The position numbers were made by a program, and so were the translations under genes. Shown here piece by piece: positions 43,901 to 55,900 of a stretch of 64,000 nt of DNA. Source of the stretch: Candidatus Omnitrophota bacterium (GTDB lineage: Bacteria > Omnitrophota > Omnitrophia > Omnitrophales > Aquincolibacteriaceae); assembly GCA_022711115.1 (NCBI GenBank), contig JAKLFP010000006.1:86214-150213 (forward strand). Reading direction: 5' to 3'. Position 1 is the stretch's first letter. Every line of letters starts with the position of its first letter. Below the pieces are notes generated by a model. That model saw nothing but the letters and a program-made list of their open reading frames with translations. It was not told the origin of the DNA and did not search any database.

Positions 43901-46900
43901 GGAGCTTCCACGCTCAAGTTTGCCGTTTGAAGATCCGCCACTTGCCGCAAAGAAATCTTAACAACACCTTTTCCTGTCTCGATTACAAGCGGTTGGGACA
44001 ACGAAACCTCAAAAATTTGTCCGGCCAAAATCGCCACACCGCCTTTTGTGATCATCGAACCGTCCTTGATTAAAGGAATGGAAACCATCATCCTTTGCTG
44101 TTGTGAAGACAATGTATCGATCTGGACCCGGAAGATCCCGGGGCCGAAAACAAGTTTATGCCCGCGGGAAACGCGCATTGTCTCTGTGGTAAGGATAGTG
44201 GGCTTTTCCGGATTTCGCATTTCCGAACGATGCTTTTTTTCAATTCCTATTTCAGCATACAAAGGCTGCCCTGTGTCCTGGACTTTATGAAGATGAACAA
44301 TAATATCACCGACGGAAATGCTTTCTCCGGCAATCCGTCTGCCCTCTTGGATTACTTGGCCCTCCTTTAAAATTTGCAAAAAAGCGGCAGGCAGACTATC
44401 CCAACCATAACGACCGGGATAAGCTTCAACATCTACGGTCAAAGATAATCCATGGTCTAATTCGATAGTTTGCTGATCTTCAACACGTTTTAAGGATAGT
44501 TCTATTTCATTCGACACTTCAAGTTTTTGTCTTTGGGGACGGTTTTTATAAAGTTCTTTTATTCCTATCACGATCATCCCTAAGATCGCAGCCGGTGCAA
44601 CAATCCTGGCCAGAACAACCAGGGAATTGACCCAATCGATATCCATCCGCAATTCCGAGCGACGAAAATGAGGCGCTTCGTCCATTTCCGGGGCCAAAAG
44701 ATCTTGAGTTTGCTCCACCGCGGCCCTGACAACCGACATTTCATCAAGATAGCGGCGATAAGCGCGCGTGGTCACGGGATCGGCCGGCGATTCCTCGGAC
44801 AAAGATTCGATTTTCTTTTCCAGACCCTGAAGCCAGCTCGCCCATGCCGCAGAAGCCGCGTAGAGCCATCCCAGAGTTCTTACAAGATTTTCGACGTTTT
44901 CCGGTTTTGCGTTTTGACGGTCCGACAGAAGCCGTTCGGCCGCAGGATTGAATTTACGAACCAACGGATCCCGGATCTGGCTAAGCATGCTCGGTTGGTC
45001 CAGCCGGTTATCCTGGAGATGCCTTCCGATCTCTGTCTTGATCCTCACAGGGTCCGTGGAAGGATTCCCGTTGTGCGGCGCGAGCGCAAATAAAGCGTTG
45101 GAAACTTCTCGGAGCGCGGACAAAGCGTCGGCGTGAACCTGTTCCGGTAACAATTTATTTTGATAAATCTCTTCCAGACTCAACAGCCTGTCCATAAGAG
45201 ACGCGGTATTTGAACCGATAAAATCAAGCCCTTCCTCTCCGGCTACCGCCTCTTGTCCTTCTTTTTCAAGAAAACGCTGCGCTTCCCGTCTGCTCTGAAA
45301 GATCAAGGCCGTTTCATTTTCAATCCGCAACTCCGAGTGAGGCGTTTGGGAAGCCGTGTCCCCGCCCGTAAGCGAGAACAACCGCCCGCGCAACACCTCG
45401 AGCCGGCTCGATAAAACCTTCCGGCTACGTTCCAAATTTATCCGTTCTTGTAAAGAGGTTGCTTGGCGAAACTTTACAGCAAAAGATTTTGAGCTGGATT
45501 CCAAATTGGCGATCCTCAAACGAATCTCTTGTTCGTCAACTGGAATCCCCGGATCCGGATCTTCGGCACGCGCCTCCGACCGGGAGATCTTAGTCATGTC
45601 CGGAATATTCCCGAGCAGCTCTCCGACAGCACGGGCTATGCGAACCCGGGAATTGTTGGGATCATCACCGAAATTCCCGGCATTGCTCTGCACTATTCCG
45701 ATCAAGTCAGAGACAACTTCCGCTTGTTTACGGACAGCCTCGGGAAATCCTTCCGTGGAAATCACGTCGAACAGCCCGCCTTTATTTTCCGTAATAGCCA
45801 GGAAAAGTTCCTTCAGCTTTTCACGATCCCCTTTGAAATTTTCCTTGATGCCGGTCATGTCGGGATTAACGCTCCGGACCAAAAGCCTCAAAAGGATCTC
45901 GGCCTTGATTTCAGAAGTCAATGTCCGGTTGCTCATAATATCGTTCAGGACTTTTGCCCGCCGCTCCGCCTCAGAAAAACCCGTCATGGATTCAGGCAAT
46001 GATTCTCCGAGATTCAGAGCCTTGGATTTTTGTTCCTGCGCGTGAAACTCATAGGCCGAGGCCACGATCAGATCCAACCCACGCTGTGCCCGCCAAGCCA
46101 GTTTCCGCGTCGCCAATTCACTGCTGGCACGAAGAACATCCGGATCGCCCTGCCGGCGCGGACCGTAATCCACCACTAATTTGCCGCGCTCTGCCGCGGG
46201 AAGCACTTTCCTGAAACTTTCAACGATCTGATTATTGGAGGTTGGGGTTCCTGTCCCTAAGGTAAAGACTTCGCCTACTTTTTTATTCTCTGTCTTGGCT
46301 TGATAAGACAGTGACAAAGATTTCATAATCGCGTGACCAATGTCCAGAACATGGATATAATCCCGGATATTGGTGCCATCGGGCGTCTGATAATCTTTCC
46401 CAAAGATCTGGAACGGAACCTTTTCTTTTCCGTAAAGGAAATATTTGATGAGCCTCGGGATGAGGTGCGTCTCCGGACCGATATGCCCTTCCCCGACCCA
46501 CTCTCCGATCTCCTCCCAGTAAAACGCTCCTGCCAGATTGAAAAAACGCAGCGCCGCGAAATTAACGCCCTGCGCTTGATAGGCCTGCATCAGGCGTTCC
46601 ATCAGATATTTGGTCTCTCCGTAAGGGTTCATCGGTTTTGCCGGGATCTTTTCATCAAGCAATCCGTATTTATTGAAATTCTTTCCTTCAAAAACACCAG
46701 CGCTCGAGGCGAACGCCAGGGGGATCCCCAGTTCCTTCGCGACTTCTTCCACATCCAGCGTACCAACCACATTATTGTCAAAGTACGTCGCCGGAAAATT
46801 TCCGGAGACCCCAGCGGCAATGTAAGCCGCCAAATGAACAATGCTGTCCGCGTGATGTTCCATCGCGACCTGCTTCAAAAGATCGCGGCTTGCGATATTT

Positions 46901-49900
46901 CCTTCCACCACTGAAACTCTTCCAGGGTAGGCCGCCTGGACCTTCCGCAGATAGGCCTTCCGCTTGGGTGTGAGCATGTTGTCAAAAAGGACGACCCTGG
47001 ACCCGTTGGAAAGCGCTTCATACATGACCCCTGAGGCTACATAACCAAAACCTCCCGTGATCAAGACGGTCTTTCCTTCATGGATTTTAGGATCCACATT
47101 CGGAGCCACCGGGCTTTCGATCATGGATTTCTGCCAATTTAAAAAGTAGAGACGCTCGTCATCTTTAGGAAGGATCTCAAGTTCCCAGTTCTCTTTGATC
47201 AAAATTCCGCCGAGCTCATAAGATTTCTTGGAAGCCAGAAAGGCCGCGATCTTTTCAGGGATCCCTTTTTCCCGAAGTTTGCGTCCCAATTCTTCAGAAG
47301 ACATGTAAAAAGCTTCCTGGGCCGCGATCTCGACAGCGATATGATCGTCTTGCGTCACCTCCACGCCTCCGATGCTGCCAAGACTGGCCTGAAGACGTTT
47401 TTTCCAGTAATGAGACTGCGCCAGATACGAAGTAGCGACCGTTTCCACCACGGCTACGGCATCGGGCTTTTTGATCGGTTCGAAAGTATCTTCGCGCGTC
47501 AGCCCGACCAGAGGAGATTCCGGTCTGCGGGGCCTGTCATCGCTCGCACGTTCTAATTTTTTGACAGTTCTTGTATTCCCCTCGAAATCCACCTGCGGTT
47601 TGGTGTCAAGCCGCCACGGCGTTCGGCTGGACGCTTTGAGACTTTTTCTCCACAACACGCGAAAACTCGGGTCCCCCCACAGCACTGTGTCCTTAATGGC
47701 GTCCGTGGCGTTCCCGTAGCCGATATGGCGCCACTGCCCGTCGGAGGTTTTGATCTGGTTCCCAAGCCGGTCATCGCGATTATTTTTCTTCACAACACCC
47801 AATGCGATATGGGCTCGGTCATCCTGATTGCCGGGATTCCATGTCATTTGCCCGTAGCCGATCAATCGCTCATCCGCGATGGGGTTCAGCTGATTGTCCA
47901 CATTAAGGTACTGGACCACTTCAACGCCGAAGGAATCGAGAAAAGCGTTCACATCCTCCCGGAGAAGAACATCATCAAACGTATCCCCATGACCGGTTCC
48001 CCCTGTCGCGATCTCGCCGTTCTTGTTCAGAAAAGGCATTCCTGTTTTCGCGTCAAAAAGCGGCATCACGCCCTGTTGGGCGATAAAGATCCGGTCTTTC
48101 ATCCCGAACCACTGATTTTCCTCAAAGAACTGTATCGTTTTTTCATGGGTGATATCGCTTGTCATGATGATGACGGGAAAAGACGCGTCGTGACCGTAAT
48201 ATTTTGCTGCGGCCTGGATCTTCTTGATGATCCCGGCATAAAGCGGGAGCTGGCTCAAGGGTGTTCCGGGCAAAAATCCCTTGGGGTCAGGGCTCTTAAA
48301 CTCAGACCCCGAACCTCCGGCCGCCAGGACAAGCGCAAATCTTGATTTCCCGGGCATCGCCGGATCCGCCCGCAAAACTTTTTCCCGGGCCAGACGCTTT
48401 GCGGCGGCATCCTCCGCTGCTCCCGGTTCATGAACAGGAACGGTGAACGTTTCCGGAACTTCCGGCTTCGGCACTCCCGGCATCACAATCGTGTCCCGGA
48501 GTCGCTTGGCCTCTCTCCACAGAATTGTTTTAATCTGTCCGAGTATTTTTTTCTGCTGCTTTTCGCTTAAGGAATCCCACGGCGCCAGCAGGTGCTCCCA
48601 GCCGACTTCCTTGAGGCTTTTCATGGCCCAGGATGGGATTTCCGCGGCAACGCGTACTTCGGAACGTTTCTGCGAACCGCTTGCCGGAACAATCCCGCTA
48701 AGAATATCTTTTTCCCCCGCCGTCAGAACGGCATACGCTTGCGCGTGTTGTTCCGCAATGTCTCGCAAAACTTCTTCAGCGTAGTCTTCATCATCAACTT
48801 CCGGATCAAGACTTTGCATGACTTCTTTAAGAACGCTGGCGAATACTCTCGTGTTGAATTTCCCGTCGGCAAAAGTCTTCGGCAAAAGTTTCCCTTCCGC
48901 CAATTCCTCGGGAGAAAGGTCAAGTTTGGAGATCGCCTTTGCCGCGGCCTCTTCCATAACATGTAGTTTCAGGTCTTTCAGTGTCGGCACATCACGCAGC
49001 GCCCTGAAAATGGCCGGAAAACTGTAGCTGTTGTTCAAGGTGCTTCCCTGCGGGTATCCAAAAGCGCCTGTTGCGATAAAACGGATGTTCGGCATTTTTT
49101 TGAGTTCTGCCGGGTCCGCTTCGGGAGTCGGGTTCGAGCCCATAAAAGCACTGGCCTGGTCCTTCATGCCAGAAAAGATCGATTCCTTGCCCCACAAAAA
49201 CCCAGGCTCGGATAATCCTATAAAAGCATCCGCCCCTTGCAGTCCTTCCGCCAAACGCCCCTGATCGATCAAAGAAAGGACTATTTGGTTAATCTCGGGC
49301 ATAAGATCGCCGTATTTTTCGCTGAGAAATCCCGCGATGTTCTCCGGCAAACGGCCTTGTTTCTGCAGGGCCTCCATCGCGGCCAATCTTTCTGCCGCGG
49401 CATGGGCAACATGCTTTTTATCTCCTCCCTGCTCGACTTCGGCTAAAGCCAGTTCATGGGCCTTCGCAACCGAAAACTCCAGGCTTCCTTTAAATCCCTG
49501 AATGTTCAAAGCCGCCAGGTCATTTTTATGCTCTTCAAAGATTCCTTTTCGGCCCGAATAAAGAGGGCCCTTGGTGTCGTATACGATAATATTGCCACCC
49601 CCTGTTTTATCCATACCGAAACCGAGACGTTTCAGGAGAAGTGCTGTCGCGGTGGCAGAGGCCCCGGCGCCGGCGATCACCACTTTCATTTTAGAAATAT
49701 CACGGTTGGTTTCTTTCGCGGCCCGTAGAAGAGCTCCCGCAAAAACCATCGCGGTCCCGTGCTGATCGTCATGAATGGTCGTGATCCCTGTTTCGTTCAG
49801 TTCTCTTTCCAGCGGAAAACAGACCGGCGACCCGATATCCTCCAGCATCACCACAACCTCAAGTCCTTCCTCCTCGCGAACCTTGGTGACATAAGCCTGG

Positions 49901-52900
49901 ACTTGCTGTTTGATCTTTTCCTTAATCTCAAACGCTATTCGTTTTTTCGCCCCGGGATCTTTTTCTGCCTTGTATTTGAGCCACATGTCCCGCGTATCCA
50001 CAAACGCGATGTCCACGTTCACGCCGCCGAACCACTTCAGCAAAATCCTTTTCCCTTCCGATACCGCGCGCATCACGGCCGGCCACTGCAGTCCGATCCC
50101 AAGCACCGCGGAAGCGTCCGAAAAAATCACGATCTTTCTTTTTTGAGCCGGGAAAGACAAAGGCTTTTTGCCGTAAAGCGGCGTTTCAAGGTCCAGGCCT
50201 TTTTTCAGCGCGTCCGCGATCGCTTCACAAACGGCTCCCACGCCGGGGGTATAAACCGTCTTCATCGCTTCGATCACATCGACCGGGACAATGCCGTGCT
50301 TAAAAAATATGTCGATGAGTTTTTTGTAAGTCTGATATTCCGATGGGATCGCCGCCGGCAAGCTGTCCTCAGATGTCTCCCGAACTTCAGACCGGGGTCT
50401 GCTTTCCATACTAACCGCTACTTTGCAATTATTTGTGTCGGCCCGGGTCCTTACGCGGACATTTTCCCATCCCAATCGGGTAAGGTTTTTGAATGGAATA
50501 TCAAAGACAACCCAAGTTGTCCGATTTGAATCTACAATAAGCGAAGCTTCTTCTATCAATGCGTGGATATCTCCGTAGATATCAGCAGGCCTTTTCCCGG
50601 AAGGATCCACGTATAACCGCATAGGGATCCGGATCCGATCGTCCGGCTCAATGAGTTCGACTTGAAGTTGTTTGTGATCCTTAAAGAAGGATTGCTTAAC
50701 AAAAATATTGACGGCTTTGTCGTTTGTTTCGACGAAACCCGGAACCAAAAGGCTGATATCCTGTGCGGGTAAATGCCATTGGGGGCCTATGAAATCTCCC
50801 AGCGGCTCCCGAAAACTCCATGCCGTCAGCGCAAGAATTAACAACGCCATAGCCATACTTAGGTTTAAGAAAATAGCCCGTGAACTTAGGTTTGGATTCC
50901 ACCAGCGCCTTATCTGGGTGTCTGTGCGTGAAGCTTCTGGGATGGCAGCAACAGAACCGCCTTTCGGGGGCATGGTTCGTATTTCGGAACGGCGTCCAAA
51001 AGCTTTGGTAAGCGCTTCGGCAAGGGCTTTCGGATTGTCCCATGGAGCAAGATGTAATGAGGAATCTTTTTTGGGGTTTTTAAAAACAATTTTTTTCTGG
51101 AAAGGTTCAAGGCTTCGTTTTTCTCCTGACTGTATGACAGACACTTGTTTTGAGTTCAATCCAAGCGCCCGCTGTAATGTTAAAACAAGGTCTTCCGGAC
51201 TTTGCACAAAATCCAACGGGGCCATGTCAATGCCCACCCAAATACCGTTTCCAGCCTGATGAAAAGTTACCTCATACCCAAGTACTTTTGCCGTCTCACC
51301 CCGCATTTCGGAACGGCCCAGGTTTTGGCTTGGATCTGTTCTACCATTTGCGCGCTGATGAACGTTGATGATCGTTTGGGCGATCTCCATGGAGTTCATA
51401 ACAAAACCGTCTTTCATCACCGGTTTTACATTTTCGGTAACAAACTCCGAGGGACCCTGAGCGTAAACAAGCAACTGGCCGTCTTCGCTCTCAATAACAT
51501 GAATCCCATTCGGCAATGTCCTTCCCATACCTTGGATCAATCCTGCGAGCTGTTTTGCCGAGAAAACCGTGGTGTAATCACCGATGACCGCCGCAAGAGA
51601 TGTCGGATCTTTCCGGCTAGCGGCCCTCACTTCAGCCCGTTGAATGGCAGCAATTGCATTTTTTGCACTTAGGTGAACGGATGGATCTGAATCATTCAGC
51701 GCTGAGTAGAGCGCTGAAAGCGCTGGTTGGGCCTGGGGACCAATTTCCCCAAGTGTGATAATGGTCTGCTCACGAATCTCCGGAGAAGGGTCCCTCAATT
51801 GGGGCATTAACTGCCAAACTGCATCGCCCGCCTCAGAACCCAAGGCGCCAATAGCGGCAATGGCCTTTAAACGCACCTCTTTTTCCGGGTCGCCGATTAA
51901 ATGAAGCCAATCACTCACATTTTTCGGCATAGCCGTTTCAGACGTACTCCTCATTTCAGAGCGATTGTCCGCGGGATGTTTTCCTTCGAAGTGTGATGGT
52001 TTTTTGACAAAGGTGACTTTAGCGGTTGTCCCTTTAGGATAAGGATGTTTCAGGGTTTCGGGATTTTTTAAATCAACTGCTTTATGGCCGGGAGATGGAA
52101 TGATGCTGGCAATGTATTCACCGCCGCCTAGATTTTCACGTACCTCAACGGCTCGCTTGATAGCCTTGAGCGTCATGGTTGCCTCAAGTTTATAGATTTT
52201 AAAATGAAGGGCGTCGTCAGCTTTCACTTCCGTTAGCCCTTTGACCTTCGTCCTCATCTCGGACCTGGCAGAACGGCTTTTCAGGGTATCTATTTTTCTT
52301 TGACCCTCTTGATCTTCCGGTTGGATATAGCGGTGCAGAAAATGCCAAAGAAGAGATTCAGGAGTGAGAAGCGACTGGTCCCAAACCGGCATGTCTTTAA
52401 AAATCGTCTTGAATCGTTTCAGGACGTTGAATACAAAATCATTCTGCTTTCTCTGGAATTGCTGGGCATAGGCGATTTCGATTAACGGCCCCAAAAAACG
52501 GTTAAGAAACGGCAGTTCATAAGCAAGTTGTGTATTAATGGAACGATGCGCTTTTTTCATGGTTTTAAAGCTACGTTCCGTTTCTTCGAATCTCATCTTT
52601 TGCCATCTCCGGATCACCTCGGCAACCGTATGCTCCGGTCCCACCACCAAACTTGCGAGGATATCCCGCATCAAGCGGATGTCATAACCTGTCAGGATAT
52701 TATTGCCGTAAAGCAGCATATCAGGACTTGTATAAAGAAAGATCCCATAATGTGTTTCTTCAGGTTTCAAAACGGCCAACAACTCATCACTCAAAGCTTC
52801 AACCCCTGTCACAATCAAGGTCTCGTCCGGCGCAAGCTGCAAAAGCTGTTTTTCTCCTCGGTCGTCTTTAACGCGGATTTTCTTCCCGTCCAAAGCATTA

Positions 52901-55900
52901 CGGACATCCCACGGATTGGCAAATTCAAGGTCCAAATGTTTCAGCTTAAGACCTGCTTGAGCGAGCATTTCAGAGAGCTCTTCGGTGATTCCATGTTTGC
53001 CCGAAGCGCGCATGCCACCGATCAAGATCACCTTGGGTTTTTTCTCAAGGATCTCACGGATAACCTCCTCGGTCTGTTGCTTTTTGGATCGATCCACCTT
53101 TTCGACCAATGCTTTTCTTTCCTCTTCGGTTTTGATCGCTCGAAGTTCGTCGAGAGTTTCGGGCAGAAGTTCCAGGCTCATGCCTTCAAGGTCATAAGGT
53201 TTTTGGCCCTCAAGTTTTTTCGCCCATGCTTCGGGATGGCGCGCCAATTCCGCATTCATAATACGGATGACGGCCAAAATAAAGGCTGCTTTTCGAAGAC
53301 TTATTTTTTTCGCGTCGGCAATACGAACAACATTGTTAAAAGCGCTGATAATTTTATCTTCCATAATGCGGTTCACGGCATCTTCCGGCCATTGTTCACG
53401 AACAAGGTTCTGCCGCCATTCCAGGTAAGAAACGATCACGCCGCCCGCATTGGCAACCACATCCGGAACAACGATGACACCTTTTTGCTTCAAAATTCCG
53501 TCGGTTTCCTTGTTTTTGATCGGTCCGTTGGCTGCTTCAATCACCAATTTGACCCGGAGCAAACGGGCAATGCGTTCATCAATGGTATTTTCGAGTGCGG
53601 CAGGCACTAGGGTATGAACCTCGCTGGCCCAAAATTCTTCCTCGGAGATCACTTTCACTTCTTCGGGGTATTCTTTTGCATAATCCAAAATGGTTTTCCT
53701 GGGAAGCATGTTGCCGGCCGCGTCTTTCCTGGGTGCCAGGAATTCCAGAATCTTGGGAATGTTCAAACGTTCACCGGTTTTGGTCGCAATAGCGCCTTCT
53801 TTTTCTTTCACGGCCATAATCCTTGCTCCATTTTCATGAAAGATTTGCGCGCCATGCCCGCCCACATTGCCGAGTCCTTCAAACGCAACGGTTTGTTTTT
53901 CTATCTCTGTCCCGATGCCGAGCCGGGCTCCAAAAACTTTGACTGCTTCGCGCCAGACAAAAAACACCCCACGGCCTGTTGCTGCAGTCCGACCATGTGA
54001 ACCGCCTTTTTTCTCGGGCTTGGCGGTCACCACAGCAATGGGAGATCCTTCTACCATTGGAATTTTATGCTTTTCAGGATTTGCTAAATACGCGTCTAAA
54101 TAGGGTGTGTCGACATCTTTGGAATTGCTTAGTTTCCACCGAAATTCGATTGTTTTTTTGAATAATTTGTCATGCTTAATCTTTAAAAATTCATCTGCCA
54201 TCCATGCCATTTCCTTTTCTCCAGTGCCGACATCCGGAGCCGGAATATCATTCAAAGGACCGATCGCATCGGCATCTTTGGCAAGCAAAGCCTTCACATA
54301 ACCTCGAGTCAATCGTGCGAGCTCGCCTTCTGAAAGCTCGCGCGGATTCACGGCAATGCCTCCCTTGCCCCCTCCGTAAGGAAGCCCTGTGATGGCATTT
54401 TTGATGCTCATCCACATGGAAAGAGCCTGCACATCCTCAAGATCGACATTCGATTTATAGCGCACACCGCCTTTTCCCGCCCCCCGCGCATCATTGTGAT
54501 AGACGCGATAGCCTTTAAAGATCTTTGTGGTGCCATTATCCATACGCACCGGAATATTTACTTCAAGGATACGATAAAAGCTGAGGAGCCATTCAAGAAG
54601 TTGGGGATCAAGGTGGATCAGCTCTGCGACCTCCGAAACCTGACGCTTTGCATTATCAAGGGCCACCTGACCTTCGGATGCTTTTGCCTGTGCTTCTTTT
54701 TCTGCTCGCACTTCGGACCGTCCTTCAAGTTGGCCGGGCATGTCGGCCATCAAAATTCCCTCGTCATCTGACAGCAACGTCTGCTGACCGCCAGGCGCTA
54801 CATAGCGCGACACCGGCCTGCTGAGTTTTTTTCCTCCGCTGAAATTCAGGAAAGCGATCGGTTTCCGGTTGAATTTTTCAGAAAGTTTGGAAGCCCAAAA
54901 ATCAGCGCTAAACTGATCCGTTCCGGCCACTACCAAAATCTGGTCTGCTTCTGATAATTCGTTAAATAACCTGTCGGGAGGTGAAGTGATGTCGATGGCC
55001 CATTCACTCTCATTGCAGATGAGCAGTGCCAGTTTGAATTTTTGATTCAATAAAATGATTCGCGATTCTTGGTTATGAGCGTATTTCTTGAATTCTGTTT
55101 TTTGAACTCGACCCGTTCCATCGGAAAGGAAAAAGACATAGAAAGCCCTTAAGTACTCCAGCCCTTCGGGAGGGATCCTCTCCAAACCGTAGCCGACCGA
55201 AATTCCAAGACGCCGGACCGTTTCTGAGAGAATTCTTTCTCTTTCTTTTTCGCGTTCCGGAGTGTAGCTGTTCCAACCCACAACTTCATCCGGGCTTTCA
55301 GGGAAAACAACAAGATCGGGGGCATTTGTTCCGAATTTATCTTTGAGCCCTTGCAGAATCCCCGCCATTCTGGCTGTGCTCGCATCAAAATCATTTTCCT
55401 TCATTTGGACCCAAGCGATCCTTGGAGCGTCACTTTTTGCCTTTTCGTCAAGCCACACAATCTGTGCGGGTAACGCTTCTTCTTTTTTTCTCACTTCGGA
55501 ACGAGAAGAAACTTCGGGCGGCTGTTCTTCAAAAAGAAGATCAAGGGCCAACTGACCTTCTTGACCATAACCTTTCTGCCGAAACAGATCTTCTAAGCGA
55601 GGGCGTTGTACGAGGTCGCTGAAATCCGCATCTTCGGAAATTTGGTCTTGTATGGTCTTGCGAAGCAATTCCAGAATCCTTCCCGCGGATGAATAATCAG
55701 AACCACGTTGAGTCTTACGAATAAGAGAATCTGTTAACGCCGTAAAAATATTAGCGAGAAAAATAGTGTCTCGAGCTTCCTGAGAGATATTGGCAGGAAC
55801 ACGGCTGGCTGGTTTTTGATCCTGCATTTTTGCCCTCGCAATAGCACTTTGAATCCAGTCCATGACCGTTTTCTTGGTTTTGTTTTCAGTCCTCACTTCA

